This document shows positions 36,900 through 39,704 of a DNA stretch of 39,704 nucleotides, in pieces. The DNA comes from Natator depressus (Eukaryota): assembly GCF_965152275.1 (NCBI RefSeq), contig NW_027439781.1, forward strand, positions 1-39,704, in the 5' to 3' direction. The notes under the pieces were generated by a model that was not told the DNA's origin, did not search any database, and saw nothing but the letters and a program-made list of their open reading frames with translations. The translations under genes were made by a program, and so were the position numbers. Within the stretch, counting starts at the first letter, position 1; every line of letters starts with the position of its first letter.

Positions 36900-39500
36900 C
36901 CGCGCCGTCCCCCTCACCCGCCGTGACCCCTCCCGTCACAGGAACCCCTCCTCCAGCGCGTGACCCTCCCCCGCCGGGACCCCTCCCCCACCGCGTGACC
37001 CCTCCCCCGCCGGGACCCCTCCCCTCACAGAGACCCCTCCCCCACCGCGTGACCCCTCCCCCACCGGGACCCCTCCCCTCACAGAGACCCCTCCCCCACC
37101 GCGTGACCCTCCCCCGCCAGGACCCCTCCCCTCCCCCACTGCGTGACCCCTCACCCGCCGTGACCCCTCCCGTCACAGGAACCCCTCCCCCACCGCGTGA
37201 CCCTCCCCCGCCGGGACCCCTCCCCCACCGCGTGACCCCTCCCCCGCCGGGACCCCTCCCCTCACAGAGACCCCTCCCCCACCGCGTGACCCCTCCCCCA
37301 CCGGGACCCCTCCCCTCACAGAGACCCCTCCCCCACCGCGTGACCCTCCCCCGCCAGGACCCCTCCCCTCCCCCACTGCGTGACCCCTCACCCGCCGTGA
37401 CCCCTCCCGTCACAGGAACCCCTCCCCCACCGCGTGACCCTCCCCTCACAGAGACCTCTCCCCGCCGGGACCCCTCCCCCACCGCATGACCCCTCCCCGC
37501 CAGGACCCCTCCCCTCACAGAGACCCCTCCCCCACCGCGTGACCCTCCCCCGCCAGGACCCCTCCCCTCACAGAGACCCCTCCCCCACCGCCTGACCCTC
37601 CCCCGCCGGGACCCCTCCCTTCACAGAGACCCCTCCTCCACCCCGTGACTCTCCCCCGCCGGGACCCCTCCCCTCCCCCACTGCGTGACCCCTCTGACCC
37701 CTCCCGTCACAGGAACCCCTCCCCCACCGTGTGACCCTCCCCCGCCGGGACCCCTCCCCTCCCCCACTGCGTGACCCCTCACCCGCCGTGACCCCTCCCG
37801 TCACAGGTACCCCTCCCCCACCGTGTGACCCTCCCCCACTGCGCGACCCCTCCCCTCACAGAAACCCCTCCCCCACCGTGTGACCCTCCCTGCCGGGACC
37901 CCTCCCCCACTGCGTGACCCCTCCCCCGCCGGGACCCCTTCCTCACAGAAACCCCTCCCCTGCCGCATGACCCTCCCCCCCCACTGCGCTACCCCTCCCC
38001 CGCCGGGACCCCTCCCCTCACAGAAACCCCTCCCCCACCGTGTGACCCCGCCGGGACCCCTTCCCTCACAGAAACCCCTCCCCCACCGGGACCCCTCCCT
38101 CACAGAAAACCCTTCCCCCTCCGCGTGACCCTCCCCTCACAGGTGATCCTCCCCTGCCGGGACCCCTCCCCTCACAGGGACCCCTCCCCCACCGCGTGAC
38201 CCTCCCCCACTGTGTGACTCTCCCCCGCCGGGACCTTTCCCCTCACAGAGACCCCTCCCCCGCCGGGACCTTTCCCCTCACAGAGACCCCTCCCCCGCCG
38301 GGGACCCTCCCCTCACAGAGACCCCTCCCCTCACAGAAACCCCTCCCCCACCGTGTGACCATCCCCCTGCCGGAACCCCTCCCCTCACTGGAACCCCTCC
38401 CCTCACTGGATTACCCTCCCCTCAGCGGGACCCCTCCCCTCACAGGGACCCCTCCCCCACCAAGTGACCATCCCCTCATAGAAACCCCTCCCTGACCGTG
38501 TAACCCTCTGCCGCCGGGACCCCTCCCCTCACAGGAACCCCTCCCCCACCGTGTGACCCTCCCCTCACAGGAACCCATTTCTCCCCTCGCTGGGACCCCT
38601 TCCCTCATAGAAACCTCTTGCCGACCATGTGATCCTCCCGTCGCCGGGACCCCTCCCCTCATAGAAACCTCTCGCCGACCATGTGATCCTCCCCCTCACA
38701 GGAACCCATTTCTCCCCTCGCCGGGACCACTCCCCTCACAGAAACCCCTCCCCCACTGTGTGACCCTCCCCTCACAGAGACCCCCTCCCCCACCATGTGA
38801 CCTTCTCACCTACTGTGACCCCTCCCATCACAGGGACCCTTCCCCCACCGTGTGACCCCCTCCCCCACCATGTGACCCTTCCCTCACAAGAACCCCTCCC
38901 CCACTGTGTGACCCTCCTCTTGCAGGAACCCCTCCCCCACTATGTGACCCTCCCATCACAGGGACCCCTCTCCTCACAGGAACCCTGCTCCCAGTGTGTG
39001 GTACTCGCCTTACAGGGACCCCTCCCCCATCATGTGACCCCTCCCCCACCACCCTCCTCTCACAGCCACCTCTCCCTCTCCGTGTGACCCTCCCCTTACA
39101 GGGACCCCTCTCCCAATCTGTGACCCCTCACTTTGCAGGGAACCCTTCCCCCATCATGTGACCCCTCCCTCACCATCCTCCCCTCACAGGGACCCCTCCC
39201 CCATCATGTTACCACATCGCCTCATAGGAACCCCTCCCCAACCAGCGCGTGACCCTCCCTTCAGAGGAACCCCTCCCAAACTGCGTGACCTCTCCCCCAC
39301 CACCTTCCCCTCTCAGAGACCCTTCCTCCTCCACCCTATGGCCCCACCCCTCACAGAGACTCTCCCCCACTGCACTCCTCCCCCACTCTGTGGCCCCTCC
39401 CCTCACAGAGAGACCCTCTCCTCGTGACCCCACTCTTCAGAGAGAACCCCTCCCCTACCCTTCTGCTCTTTCACCCCATGACCCCTTCCTAGCCCTGTGA
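36900..39500 (+). repeat. 2.6-kb CT-rich minisatellite (units of about 20-35 bp such as gacccctcccctcacagagacccctcccccaccgcgtgaccctcccccgccgg). Higher-order 237-bp periodicity is visible (36936-37154 repeats at 37173-37391).
   Basis: Direct. Identical 72-aa artefact ORFs at 36936..37154 and 37173..37391 confirm the higher-order repeat. Confidence 0.9.
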
Positions 39501-39704
39501 CCCCTCCACCGCCCCACTGCTGCCTTGCCTCCCACTTCTCCATACAACACAGCCCTCCCCCTCCCTGCCTCGACCCTCCTACCCAGGTCCCCCACTGCCT
39601 CATGTCTTCTTCAGACTGCCCTCTGCCTCCCTCCTCTCCTCCATCATGTCCCCGAACCCACTCCCATTGCCTGTTACCATCACAGCCCCTCCTGCTTGGG
39701 TGGG

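Overview
This window is a GC-rich, repeat-dense stretch of vertebrate nuclear DNA, not a prokaryotic locus. The most likely source is a turtle or other non-avian reptile. The clues are a CR1 LINE 3' end at 1-540 and MIR/CORE-type tRNA SINE heads of the form tggttagagc...caggactcctgggttctatcc. It is compact and gene-dense. By hand-checking splice sites and frame continuity I can reconstruct the following genes. (1) A 4-exon gene on the - strand (1174-2241) for a 153-aa single-pass membrane protein with a very cysteine-rich tail; I could not name it. (2) TLCD3B/FAM57B on the + strand (5524-16384), with two phase-compatible alternative 5' coding exons. (3) A 104-aa signal-peptide plus transmembrane protein on the - strand (17726-19110), possibly the C16orf92/FIMP orthologue by position. 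(4) MVP, major vault protein, on the - strand, 16 coding exons, 19319-27581, 849 aa. (5) KIF22/Kid on the + strand, 12 coding exons, 30784-35950. (6) The first coding exon of an unidentified + strand gene (36723-36758) behind a CCAAT-box array. There are no rRNA, tRNA or CRISPR features. All the regular arrays are eukaryotic minisatellites. The very long ORFs in the supplied track (up to 1454 aa) are low-complexity translations of these arrays and are not genes. The most unusual features are as follows. TLCD3B intron 4 is built almost entirely from about 12 tandem copies of the 3' end of exon 4, each copy carrying a splice-donor site. A 60-bp array spans the TLCD3B stop codon. A 4-kb GGA-rich minisatellite sits in a TLCD3B intron. 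One 47-60-bp minisatellite family recurs in introns of three genes, once as an inverted pair. SINE heads have been amplified into tandem arrays. KIF22 exon 2 has an apparent +1 frameshift. KIF22 has a GC-AG intron. A Penelope-like retroelement fragment (GIY-YIG domain) with inverted flanking arrays lies inside an MVP intron. Gene order differs from human 16p11.2: here MVP is head-to-head with KIF22 and next to the TLCD3B block. There is a dense regulatory region with CCAAT, octamer, ETS and NRF1 motif arrays. Coordinates are hand-derived. Exon boundaries fit GT/GC-AG rules and preserve frame. A few 5' ends are uncertain.
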